Shown in pieces: positions 50,916 to 64,000 of a DNA stretch of 64,000 nt. The stretch is taken from assembly GCA_964016885.1 (NCBI GenBank), contig OZ024741.1, forward strand, positions 351,664,001-351,728,000. The letters run 5' to 3'. Numbering within the stretch: the stretch's first letter is position 1; each line of letters begins with the position of its first letter. This stretch comes from Eledone cirrhosa (Eukaryota). A program made the translations under genes and the position numbers. The notes under the pieces are model-generated. The model saw only the letters and a list, made by a program, of their open reading frames with translations. It was not told where the DNA came from and searched no databases.

Positions 50916-51696
50916 CATCATCAACAACAAAAAATTCAAATAGAAAAATAAACAAAATCTTCATTCTTCTTTTTATTGTTGTTGATGTTAACGATTTGTA
51001 AAGATTGGATAGATGCTACGCTAAGATCAGATATTGTTCCCAAGGTGATAGAAGTCAATTATCAACATTTTCCATTATACATTTCATAGTTTTGAGTTGT
51101 TCAGACACACAGAGATCAATAATGGCAGGTTAGGATGGGTGGAGGGTGGGGAAATAAATAAATAAAACTTCCAAAGAGACAAACAAAGACTACAGGAGGA
51201 GTAGTTTGGGTGGTTTATTATTTGTGATATCACTTAAATTAGATTATATATATAGTCTCTTGATATGCTAGGCATAGCAACTAAAGCTTCATTAAAGCAC
51301 AGCATTCCATCTTAAAATGAAACATTGGATAACGTAGTTGTGGATATACAATAAGATTGGATAGTCATGACTGGAACAACTTTGACCATATCATAAGGTT
51401 TACTTGAACAGGGCTGTCATGGGTGCTAAGTAGAGACAAAAACAACAACTATGATGTACCATACTTCTGACACATTGACACATACCCAAGACAATTGAGA
51501 GCTTTCTAGCTTCTTTTTTTTATTTTTGCTTTGCATTTTTTTCTTTTTTTTTGGCAAAGACAAAGAAACCCTATTATTGGCAACTATATGAAGCTTCAAT
51601 AGCTCCTTCCACACCAATACATACTTAGAGTATAGTGTCAAGAAAAAGTATATTGATTAAGATACTTCTGGTATCTCTTTCTGTGGAGAGAGAGGG

Positions 51697-51832
51697 AAGC
51701 AGGTGTGGGGTGGGATAGGATGGTGTGGGGGCAGTATATTGCAGCAGGTGTATGGTGGGGTAAGATGGTGTGAGGGCAGTATGTTGCACCAAGTGTGGGG
51801 TGGGGTAGGATGGTGTGGGCAGTATGTTGCAA
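51697..51832. repeat. About 42-bp tandem repeat, 3 copies
   Basis: Unit approximately GCAGGTGTGGGGTGGGATAGGATGGTGTGGGGGCAGTATATT. Confidence 0.7.
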
Positions 51833-53105
51833 GTAGCTTCACTCAAACAACATCATTGAAACATATTTAGCTGATAACCCTCAGAGGAAGAAAATGAATT
51901 ATAAACATAGAAAAAATCCCTCCCCACTTACACACACCAAAAAAACAAAAACACTGCCACTAAAGAAAAAAATATCAATCAATAAATAAAAGAAACTTGA
52001 AAAATTTCTTTATAAATATTTTAATTGAATATTTTTTTCCACATATTGTAATTAGGAATGAAGACACAACCTAATAGTTAGGATGTTGGGATCACAATCA
52101 TTAGGTCATAGGGTTGATTCCCGGACATGGAGGGGAATTATGTCCTTGAGCAAGGCAATTTAATTCATATTGTTTCAATCTACTCCATTGACAAAACAAG
52201 TACAAGCAGCAGCCACAGGGGGTAGTATTGTACTGAAAGAAATTGGTGGCCTGCTCAGAGGGTAGTCATATCCATGGCCACTTAATGTTACATGAAAAAA
52301 GAAAATAAGGCAAGAAGCCGATTATCAAATCCATTGATTTTTTGATTGCTTCCACTAGGGAAAACTCCTGAGAGAATTAGATAGGATTTGAAATCAGAAT
52401 GTACCCAGCTAGATCAGATACTTCAAAACCTCCAGTCTGGCTCTTTAACATTTCTGCCAATCAAACTCTCCTGGATAAGTACAGTATTTAACAACCCTGA
52501 AATGCAAAGTTGACCTCATAATTCAACTGGCCAGCTTTACCACACATTGTCACACTGGTTCTTCCCAACAATTCTCTATAGAATACTATATAACTTAATC
52601 CTCTTGTCACCATATTTTTAATGAAATACATCATCAATGTGATTCGGTTAATTTTAAAAATAATAAAACATTTTGAGAAATTCAGGCTGATCCACTAGCT
52701 TGTTACTTTGAAATGTACCCCCCCCCCCCTCTGTGCTACACATTATTTAGAAGTCCGAAAACCTAAATTCAGTATTTTGATGGAACTTACTCTATTGTTC
52801 TATTTTGAAGTTTGTGAAGCATTTTTGTTTTATTCATTGATGAGTGTGTTGTGATAATTTTGGAAGGTAGTCCAAGCAAAGTTGGGAGATTGTTTGCCAA
52901 ATGGTTATGGGGCTTAGGTGTGAAGAACAGACTGTGATATTTGGAGAACTGCTATTGTAGTTGACTTAGTGAGGTAATTGCAAGTGTGTGTTAGTGTGGA
53001 TTGTTTGCCTAAATGCTAGCTGTTTGGAGCAGAATGGGATATCTGGTAAAGATCTGTTATAGTTGGCTTGGTGAGGTAATCGTGTGTGTGTTGTGGTTTG
53101 TTTAA

Positions 53106-53322
53106 CCCTTTAGCATTTAAACTGGCTGTATCCAGCCAGAATTCTCTCACCTCCTTCTGTTCAGATCAGCCATAACTGGGCAATCATACTGACATTAAGG
53201 TATTGTTCTCAAAATAAATAACAGCAAAATCTCGTAGATTCGATATTATGTGAGATAATTAAGATAAAGCCTTTACCAGAAAAATACAATCAGATATATA
53301 GAGTAATGTAAATGCTAAAAGG
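53106..53322. mobile_element. piggyBac-like MITE
   Basis: TTAA|CCCTTTAGCATTTA...TAAATGCTAAAAGG|TTAA; further copies at 11568-11775 and 43274-43473. Confidence 0.78.
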
Positions 53323-54631
53323 TTAAGATGTAAAGGGAGTTTAGTTATGATGATGTTGTGTTACCTCTTTTGTCATTTTGAAAACTGGGAAGTTTTGAGT
53401 GTATTGGAGTTTTCCTAATGATGATGATTTTTAAGCTGTTACAGTATTGTAGTAGGGGAGAGAAGGTTTCACACATAACAAATAAAAACTATGTAAATAG
53501 GCCACAAAGAATCTAAAAGTTCTGGAATACAACAGTACAAAACAGCTATGTGAAAATGTTTTTGAATATCCGTGCTGTTCTCTATGTGGTGGGTGCAAGT
53601 CATACCAGGGACATTCTTCCAATGGGATTGTGGTATAGATATTGGTAATATAAGTACCAGCCATGTACTGAGGGTATTTGATTCATTCAACTGACAATTG
53701 ATCCAAGTTCATGGCCTCATGCCAAAGCATGAAAACTGATATCAACCAGTAGAACAAGAAAAACACAATACTCAAGGGAGACATTCTTAGAAACTACCAC
53801 CACTACCACGATTATCATTAGTCCTATCACCATAGAGATGGAATAATTATAGGTGGTGATGATGGTGGAAGAGGTGGCAGCAGTAATAAGAATCTCCAAT
53901 GCCTCTACTACACCCACCACCACCACCACTACCACTGCATCCACAACCACCACAGAGCAAAAGCTATAGGTGGTGTTGGCGATGATGGGAGTGGTAGTGA
54001 TGGTGCTTATGGTGATAGTGGCAGTGATGCTACTGCTGCTGCTGCTTATGGTGGTGGTAGTGTTGATGGTGGAAGCAGTGAAAATCTAAGAATATTGATA
54101 AACAATGGTTTATCTTCAGACAAGCAGAACATGACAGTTTCATATTGACTGATGTGAGAAAGCTGAGATATCAGGATATAAAATATGACTATACACATAC
54201 ACAGACATACACACATATATATACACACAGTTGTAATAATAAATACAAAAATCAAAATAAGTATGTATAAACCCATTGAGCAAATATTTATTATTAGCTC
54301 AAATTAAAAGTTTAAGCAAACAATTTCTACTTTCACTCCTCCAAAGCACAAGCCCAGACAAAGTAATTTTTTGTGGAAGGCAGAAGATGTGCTGTCGCCC
54401 ATGCATACCAGTCTCCCCTCTCCCCACCACTGATGTCATTCAGGGCAAAGGTAGAAGCCAACACAGTTTGGCACCAGCGATGTAATTCATTTCTACAACT
54501 GAGTAAACTGGAGCAATGTGAAATAAAGCATCTCGCTCAAGGACACAATGCATTGCCTAGTCTGGAAATCAAACTCACAACCTCCTAATTGTGAATCCAA
54601 ATCACTAAGCCATGTGCCTTCACACACACTA

Positions 54632-54674
<43 letters not shown>

Positions 54675-56022
54675 CACATACATATACACTTACATCAGAA
54701 TTTAGAATCAAAAGGCCTGAGAGTAGGAGAGAAGATATGTAGAAAGGGAGTTGGCATAAACTCCATACGATGTACACAATGTAAATCTTGGGAACAGAAG
54801 ACTTTGTTTGTAGAAGATAACCAGTGTTGTAAGCCTGTTCCAGTCACAAGAAGGACCCATAGAAGTGGTTAATAGCTTCTGCTCTAGACAAAGTAATTAG
54901 CAATGAAGGAGGGTGCTCTGAGATCATAATAGCTAGAATAAGGATAGGATGGAAAAAGTTCAGAGAGCTACCCACCACTATTGACCACAAAAAGTTTCTC
55001 CATTCATGTAAATATTACCTAGATAAAATGTATCCATGACCATGTGTATATATCTCATCTTCCTCACTGTTTTACATCCATTCTTCCATGTTAGCATGGG
55101 TTAGACGAGTTGCCCTGCTGTGGGCAATGCCAGATCAGGTGACCATGTCTTGCTCATACAGAACTGATTTTGGCTTGATTTCTACAGCTGGATGCCCTTC
55201 CTAACACCAACCTCATTTACAGTGAGTACTAGGTGCTTTTTATCATGGCACCTACAGGTACAATGACATAAAAAAACCTGAAAATAAGTGAATGAATTTT
55301 CTTGAAGATTATAAAAACCAATTCCTAAAATCTATACAGCTGTTTCAGGGCTGACAAGAAATAGTGCGAATTACTATTATCAATAAAAATTATTATTATT
55401 TGTATTTCTGCTAGTTGAACTGACTTATGGGGTTAATGTGGAGGTATATGTGAGTGAGATGTGATCTCACTTACCATGCCCAAAATATAGAATGTATGAA
55501 TGAGATGTGATCTCTCTGAACCATGGCCAAAATATAGAATGTATACATGAAATGTGATCTTTCTGATCCATACCAAAATATAGGATGTATGAGTGATCAA
55601 CAAAAAAGGGATCAATAATATAAATACCAAACTTGAAACATTAAGAACTGGGGTCAATATGATCAATTAAATCAAGGTAGTACCCCAGTATGGCCACATA
55701 CTAATGAGTGAAATCAGTAAAAGAAATATGATGACATGCACCCACACTATTTCTCTCACCCCACCCACGTACCAACCTCTTACACTCTATATCTTGCTTG
55801 TATGTGAGTGCGTATGAGCCTAAATGTGTGTGTGTGTGTGTATGTCTGTGTGTACCCCACTATTGCTGGAACACAGGGAAAAAGTATCAGGTCCATCTTA
55901 TCTGGGGCAGCATAGTTCTTATCTAACAATTGAAAACAGCTGCTAATCCCCTCCCCACTCATCTGATAGGTTAATGTTACATAGCTGTGCATGAGTGTAT
56001 GTCAGTATGTGTGTATATATGT

Positions 56023-56053
<31 letters not shown>

Positions 56054-56054
56054 T

Positions 56055-56112
<58 letters not shown>

Positions 56113-57931
56113 CGCATGTGCGCGCGTGTGAAGTCTAGAAAAGGTTATTAAATTCTGGATTTAAGAATTTTGTTACTCCAAACAAGCGGCAAATGACTTA
56201 AGTACTGAGCTTGAAAAAATAAGTTCAGCCCCACTGTGTGATATGATAGCTACAGGTTAATCAATGGCTTGTCAATTAAATTTGGCAGACCGAAACTGTG
56301 TGGTAGTCCGTCACATATGTGCATGTGTGTGTGTGTGACTGTCTATGTTTACCTATGTGTGTGTGTGATTGTGTCTATGTTTACGTATGTGTGTGTGTGT
56401 GACTGTGTCTATGTTTACGTATGTATCTGTTTATCTCTTGTAACTTAGTGGTTCAACAAAAGAGATTGATAAAATAAGTATCAGACTTGAATAAAATAAA
56501 TACTGGGGTTGACATGGCTGCAGTTTAATGACTGAAAGCAATAAAAAATCCTTGTAGAATAACATTTTATTATAAATTTGGTACTCTAATAATTCTGTAA
56601 CTCTACCCTATCTCCCAGTCTCAACCTGTCTTCCAACTTACATCAAAGATGGAGCAGGTTGGAAGACTGAAAGGAGATGTCACAGACTATGTAATGAAAG
56701 ATATTTGACAATTAACCCTCTTGGCGTTGTGGGCGACTGAATGTGCCAATAGAATAATCTCCCTTTAATATATAATACAGTATCAAAAGAAGCAATTCAT
56801 TAAACAAATTCAGCCTCCATAAGGTTAAGTAAACAACTGGTTGGTTGTTTAATCAATTAATTGATGGATTAGTTACCTGATTAAAAATAACTGAAGTCAA
56901 ACTCAACTGATGTGTGTGGATGACCCTCCCACACTATAGTAACATCTCTTTCAACATACAAAAATTAAATAATTGTTTCTTCTATGTAGCCACATGGAAT
57001 AGGTGATTCTGCATATTAAAAATACTGAACTCTGATGGTTGATTAAGACATCTGGTTAAGTATTTTTCTTTGGAAGGTCGGATGGGATATGGTGAATGGT
57101 GAAGTTAAGCTTTTTGACACCAAACTATTTGAAACCACTCCTGGTTCTACAATACAAAGTTGTTTTAAAATATCTATATGAATCTAAAAATATTCCATCA
57201 TAATTGTATGTAAAAACCTTTGTTAAACTATGTTCCAAACATTAGCTTTAATCAGAAAGTTAAGTTATTTTACTAAATCCTTCTGAACTCTTGATTATTT
57301 TCATGATGATTTGAAAATTAAAGGCAGTGGCATGACTATCTGGTTGAGGAGTCCACTTTGTAGCTATGTAGTTCTGGATTCTGTGCCATTATGCAACACG
57401 TTGGGCAAATATCTTCTACTATAGCCTTGAGTTGATCAATACCTTGTCAATGGAGTCTGGTAGATGGAAACTACAGTAGCGTCATCATCATCACCATTTA
57501 ACATCCTCTTTTTTCCATGCTAGCATGAGTTAGACAGGTTGTCCTGCTGTGAGACAAGTCAGATCAGATGATCGTGTCTTACCCACACAGAACTGTTTTT
57601 GGCTTGGTTTCTATAGCTAGAGGCCCTCCTAATGCCAACTGCATTTACAGTGTGGATTGGGTGTCTTTTATTGATCATGGCACCAAAATGACCACTTTAT
57701 AGTGTAAGCTGGGCACCTTGTGTTGTGGTACTAAAATGATCACTTTACAGAGAGGACTGGTGCTTTTGTCATGCCATGAAAATGATCACTTTACCATCTG
57801 ACACAATCACTTTACAGGTTGGGCTGGGTAGGTCCAACACCCCAACCACTAGGTCACATGCCTGCACCTATGTAAGGTGGCTTTGACCGGAGTGACTTGA
57901 ACACTATTTGGGATATAATATGCAACCATTA

Positions 57932-58236
57932 TAAATCCCGCCGAGGTTGACTTTGCCTTTCATCCTTACGGGGTCGATAAAATAAAGTACCAGTAATGCA
58001 CTGGGTTATTGCTGGCCTTGTGCCTAAAGTAGAAACAATTATTAAACCCAGTGGATTGGGAGTATCGGTAGAGGGTCAGACACCATGCCTTGCATCATAG
58101 AGTTACGGCCCTTTATGGTCTGAGTTCAAATCCCGCCGAGGTTAACTTTGCCTTTCATCCTTACAGGGTCGATAAAATAAAGTACCAGTAACATACTGAG
58201 TATTTGCTGGCCTTGTGCCAAAATAGAAACAATTAT
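57932..58236 (+). mobile_element. Two tandem SINE family 1 copies
   Basis: Same core and tail GGCCTTGTGCC(T)AAA(G)TAGAAACAATTATT. Confidence 0.85.
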
Positions 58237-58525
58237 TAAACCTTATCCCTACCATTTTATCCTCCACCCTACAGAGCACACTATGCAAATAAAAGGTTAG
58301 AGTGAAGGGTGGTACCTTCCCCCTTAATTATTCTACCCCCACCCACCCCAACAATAAATGTTGTAAAGAATACCACATCTACCCCACCAACATCCTGTTC
58401 ACATTCCCAACAAGCTTCCAGAGTGTTCTTGTGTGGTGTATGTGTGTACATGCTTGTGTACATGCTTGTGGATGTGTGTATATGGGGGAGGGGGGTGAGA
58501 GTGTGTACATGTGTGGGTGGGTGTA

Positions 58526-58570
<45 letters not shown>

Positions 58571-59232
58571 AGGTGTGTAAGTGCATGTGCAGGTATGACT
58601 CTGTATATATATATATATATATAATGTGTGTGAGTGTGTGTCTGTATTGTAGAGATGAATCTGGGATCATGTATGATGGTGGCTGTTGTAAATGTGTATG
58701 CATCCATGTATGTGTGCATGAACTTTTGTGTATGTGTGTGTGTTTGTAAACTGTGTATGCATACATATCAATGGGTGTGAGAGCAAAGAAAAGGGTGGTG
58801 TTGGTTGTGGGGATTTCCTAGAGGCAGTGTAGTGGTTGTAGTTTTGTGGGGTAGTAGTAGTGGTGTTGGTGGTAGAGGTGTGATGGTGTTGGAAGTGGAA
58901 GTGTGGTGGTGATGGTGGAAGTGTAGTGATGATGTTTGTGGTAGTGTGGTGGTGATACTGGCAGCAATGCTGGTGGTGGTGATGGTGGTCTTAGGTGGGG
59001 GTGCTGTAGTGGGGGAGGGATAGTGATATTTAATTCAGCAATATAATTTTCTCAACTCAAGGCCTTATCTCTTCTACATGTGATCATACACACACATACA
59101 CATGCAAATACACACCATAGATACACACACACATTTAACACCCATATACATGGCTCCCACCACATAATACACACATATACAGACACACATCCATATACAC
59201 ATATACAGACACACATATATACACACAGCAGT

Positions 59233-59283
<51 letters not shown>

Positions 59284-59530
59284 AATATAAAGGGATTTTT
59301 CAAGTAGAATAATAATTAGTTTAAAATACAACAACAACACAATAAATAAATAGTGAGAAATCATGTCAAAGCTGCTATTTTGTTGCTAGGCAAAAGAATA
59401 ATAGCAGGACTTAGAATACCACCACCACTACCATCATCACCACCAATAACAACTACAACAACTACTCTAACATTTGTAATGGTTTCATCAATAACAAAAA
59501 CTCCCAAAAAGCATATATGTTTAAATAAAG

Positions 59531-59608
<78 letters not shown>

Positions 59609-60319
59609 CATATATATATATATATATACTATCTTTATATATATATGTGTGTGTGCGTGCGTGCTGTAGGCATACACACTAGCATAGAAAAACCAATGTC
59701 AAAACCCTGATGATATATATGTGTCTGTATGTGCCTGTGTGTACACACACTGATTCCCTTCTGCAATTACAGTTCCTCTTCTATTTTTCCCTTCAGCAAT
59801 GTCTCTCTCTCCGATTACTTTCACCATCTTCCACTTTTCTACCCCAAACACTGTATCTCCCACCATAATCATTCACCCTCTTCATCCATTGCTTTCTTCT
59901 ATTTATCCTCCTGGTCAGATTGACTTGAATGCATACAAAGCCCAATGTAGAGTAGCAAATACTCTCTAGTCTTGTTAAAAGAAAGGAGCTGATAATCAGA
60001 CCAGACCAACAAAACAATGTTTCTTTTGGTCTTTCCATTGCTGATACTATCTGCTAGTCACAACTCCTAGTAGAAGTGTTGCTGCTTTTATATAAATATA
60101 TATATGAGATAAGGTGTGGCAAAAACCAACTAGACCATAACCCACCAGAGTACTCAATACTTGGAATAGTAGAATGGGTAATATGAAAAGATTCAGGACC
60201 CTGACAGCTGAGCTCCGGCCATTTCGACAGCTAGATCTGAACTAGCTGTCGAAACGGCCGGAGCTCAGCCATCGGGCTCCTGAATCTTTTCATATATATA
60301 TATGATATATATATATATA

Positions 60320-61520
60320 TCATCATCATCATCATCATCATCATTTTACGTCCGCTTTTCCCTGCTTGCAAGGGTGGGACGGGTCTTATTCAGCACAGCA
60401 TCTCTCCACTCGTCACGGTCCCTCGTCATCTCCACCGTAAGCTTCAATGATCTGAGGTCTGTTCTCACCACCTCCGCCCATGTTTTTCGTGGTCTACCTC
60501 TACTACGTCTTTCTTCAACTGGCATTTCCTGGCACTTCTTCACCCATCGGTCATCCTCCATGCGCATCACATGTCCATACCACCTCAGTCTCCTCTCCCG
60601 TACACTACATTCTATCCCTCTCAGACACAGTTTCTCTCTCAACACATTTATGCTGGGTCGTTCACGCACATTTACACTGCACATCCAACGGAGCATGCTT
60701 GCCTCATTTCTCTCCAGCCGTCGCATATCTTCTGCGGTAGCTGCCCATGTCTCACTACCATGCAGCATCGCGCTCCTCACACAGGCATCATACAACCGGC
60801 CTTTCGTACGCAGGGAGAAACCCTTCTTCGTCAACAGAGGAAGCAGCTCCCTAAACTTCTTCCAACCCGTCCTTATTCTAGATACTATGGCCTCGGAACA
60901 CCCTCCTCCCATGCTAATCTGATCTCCTAGGTACCGGAAGCTATCCACCACTTCTATAGCGCCCTCTCGCATTTGAAAAATGTGTCTATCAGTGCGACTT
61001 CTACTGTCTAATTTCCCTGTACATCTACTGCATACATATTTCTCCCTACCTGTTAGTTTGCCTGCTATCCCGCTACATCTCTTGTGTACCCAGGACCTAC
61101 ATTGTGTGCATTTTATAGAATTTATGCCAGTTCCTTTTCTGCATATCGAACATGGCCATTTCCCTGACGGAATCAGGGTTTTGTCCTCTTTTCTACTCAT
61201 CAACACTTTTGTCTTAGCTAGATTTACTCTCAGTCCTCTTGCTTCCAACTGCTGTTTCCATAGCCGGAATTTATTCTCTAGCTCCTCTACTGATTCTGCC
61301 ATAAGAGCCAGATCGTCAGCATAGAGAAGTTCCCATGGACAGCCAGTCTTAAACTCCTCTGTTATGGCTTGGAGGACTATAATGAACAAGAGCGGGCTGA
61401 GGACCGAACCCTGATGTACTCCTACTTGTATCTGGAATTCCTCACTAAACTCCATTCCTACCCTGACTTTACTGAGAGTACCTCTGTACAAAGTTTGCAC
61501 TGTCCTTACAAGCCATTCCT
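60320..61520 (-). mobile_element. Young 5'-truncated RTE LINE with an open frame of about 390 codons
   Basis: HQGSVLSPLLF, LLYADDL, FRYLG, RLRWYGHV; the stop is followed directly by a (GAT)n tail; flanked by (TA)n. Confidence 0.92.
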
Positions 61521-62145
61521 CAACAATATATATATATATAATGAAAATAAGTAGAAATGAGGTGTCAGAGTATCATCATTAGTTTAATCAAGCGTGATGC
61601 ACATTTCGCTATTGATCAGCTCAAGATTAGATCTGTATTGAACTGGCCTGACTCTAATCAAAAGCACATCAGACTCTTTACAGAGTCAGACCAGATAAAT
61701 ACAGATCAAACTTTGAGCTGATCAATAGCGAAACGTGCATCACTCCTGAATAAACTAATGATGATACTCTGACACCAACCATAGTTTAACATCAAATACT
61801 TGACTTCAACAGACCCAACTACGCATTGAGTGCTCAAGTGGGTGACTCAACAATAACATAAAGCGTGTGTGTGTGTGTATATATATATATATAGTTATGT
61901 AATAAACAATATCAGATAATTAACTCATTTACCAATGGTTTCTTGAAGAGCTTGACACTTATGTCTGTCTTCATTCATCATAATAAATTTATTTTGATGA
62001 ATGAAGATAGACATAAGTGTCAAGACCTTCAAGAAACCATTGGTAAATGAATTAATTATCTTATGTTGTTTATTACATAACTAAAACGCTCTGTAGCCTA
62101 CATAGAGCACTCTCTTTTCCTTTACCTTTCCTACAGAAATACTTC

Positions 62146-62185
<40 letters not shown>

Positions 62186-62717
62186 GACCTGACTTCCCAT
62201 GGGTACAAGCCGAAGCTGAAGCATATAGATAATATGCCCCCACCCTCTCCCACTGCAAAGTGGTCGTGTAGGTGCCATGACAAAAAAGCACCCAGTGCAC
62301 ACTGTAAAGTGATCGTGTAGGCGCCACGGTAAAAAAGCACCGAGCACACAGTGAGGTTGGTGTTAGGAAGGGCATCCAGCTGTAGAAATCAAGGCAAAAT
62401 CAGTTCCCGTATGAGCATTCTCGTATGACCTAGTATTTCCCACAACAGGACAACCCGTCTAACCCATGCTAGCGTAGAAGAATGGACGTAAAACGGTGAT
62501 GATGATGATGATATATAGACCATGAAATTTGTACTTAGAAAGTTCCCCTCCAAGGCTGTTTGTGGAAGACCAGCAGTCACCCATGCATACCAGTCTCACC
62601 TCTCCATGCATCCAATGTTATTCAAGGCAAAGACAATGACTGATTCAGTTTGGCACTAGTGACATTGCAACTCATTTCTACAGCTGAGTAAACTGGGGCA
62701 ATGTGAAATTATATATA

Positions 62718-63612
<895 letters not shown>

Positions 63613-64000
63613 ATGTATATGATTAATAGATAAATAAATCTATCCATATATATATATGAATATGATAACGATGATGATAATGAGTGCGAATGAGGCGTCA
63701 AAATATCATTATGTTTATTCATATATATAATTAAGAATGGGTTACTGAAAGAGAATGGAAAGGAACTACAGTTATATAAGGAAATCAATATATTAGTAGA
63801 GAAGATACATATTCATTTCATACAGAAATCTACAAGACTAGAACGGTTTCATTCATTTGAAATCATTCTTGATGATTTCAAATGGATGAAACACTTCTAG
63901 TCCTGTAGAAGTCATTTCCATATGAAATATATATATTCTGAAGAAATCAAGTATACTTTTTGTGAATAAATGTTGTGATGGTCATGGTTAGGATGTCTTT

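Overview
AT-rich eukaryotic genomic DNA packed with (TA)n/(CA)n/(CAT)n microsatellites and transposons. The repeat repertoire suggests an octopod cephalopod, but that is inference, not proven. The only host gene found is MAEA (CTLH/GID E3 ligase subunit), represented by its last three coding exons on the minus strand (23864-23997, 23205-23403, 13682-13783). The intron between the first two of these exons has clear U12 (minor spliceosome) signals. No further MAEA exon was recognised up to 64000, so most of the window is probably intron. The intronic sequence holds a nearly intact, full-length Tx1/L1-clade retrotransposon inserted into the 5' end of a Helitron. It also holds RTE LINE fragments with a PHD-type zinc finger inside the RT, R4/Dong-like relics, maT and mariner relics, a solo LTR, non-autonomous Helitrons, MITEs, modular tRNA-derived SINEs and minisatellites. 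The most notable unannotated signal is a set of short, often (TA)n-flanked fold-back elements carrying type I hammerhead ribozymes. Three cores are intact (18108-18186 minus, 18404-18483 plus, 20041-20125 plus) and several are decayed or halved. The intact pair has an unusual 8-nt loop II/loop III complementarity, and one copy is sense to the MAEA pre-mRNA. All calls were made by eye; repeat boundaries are approximate unless a terminal motif is quoted.
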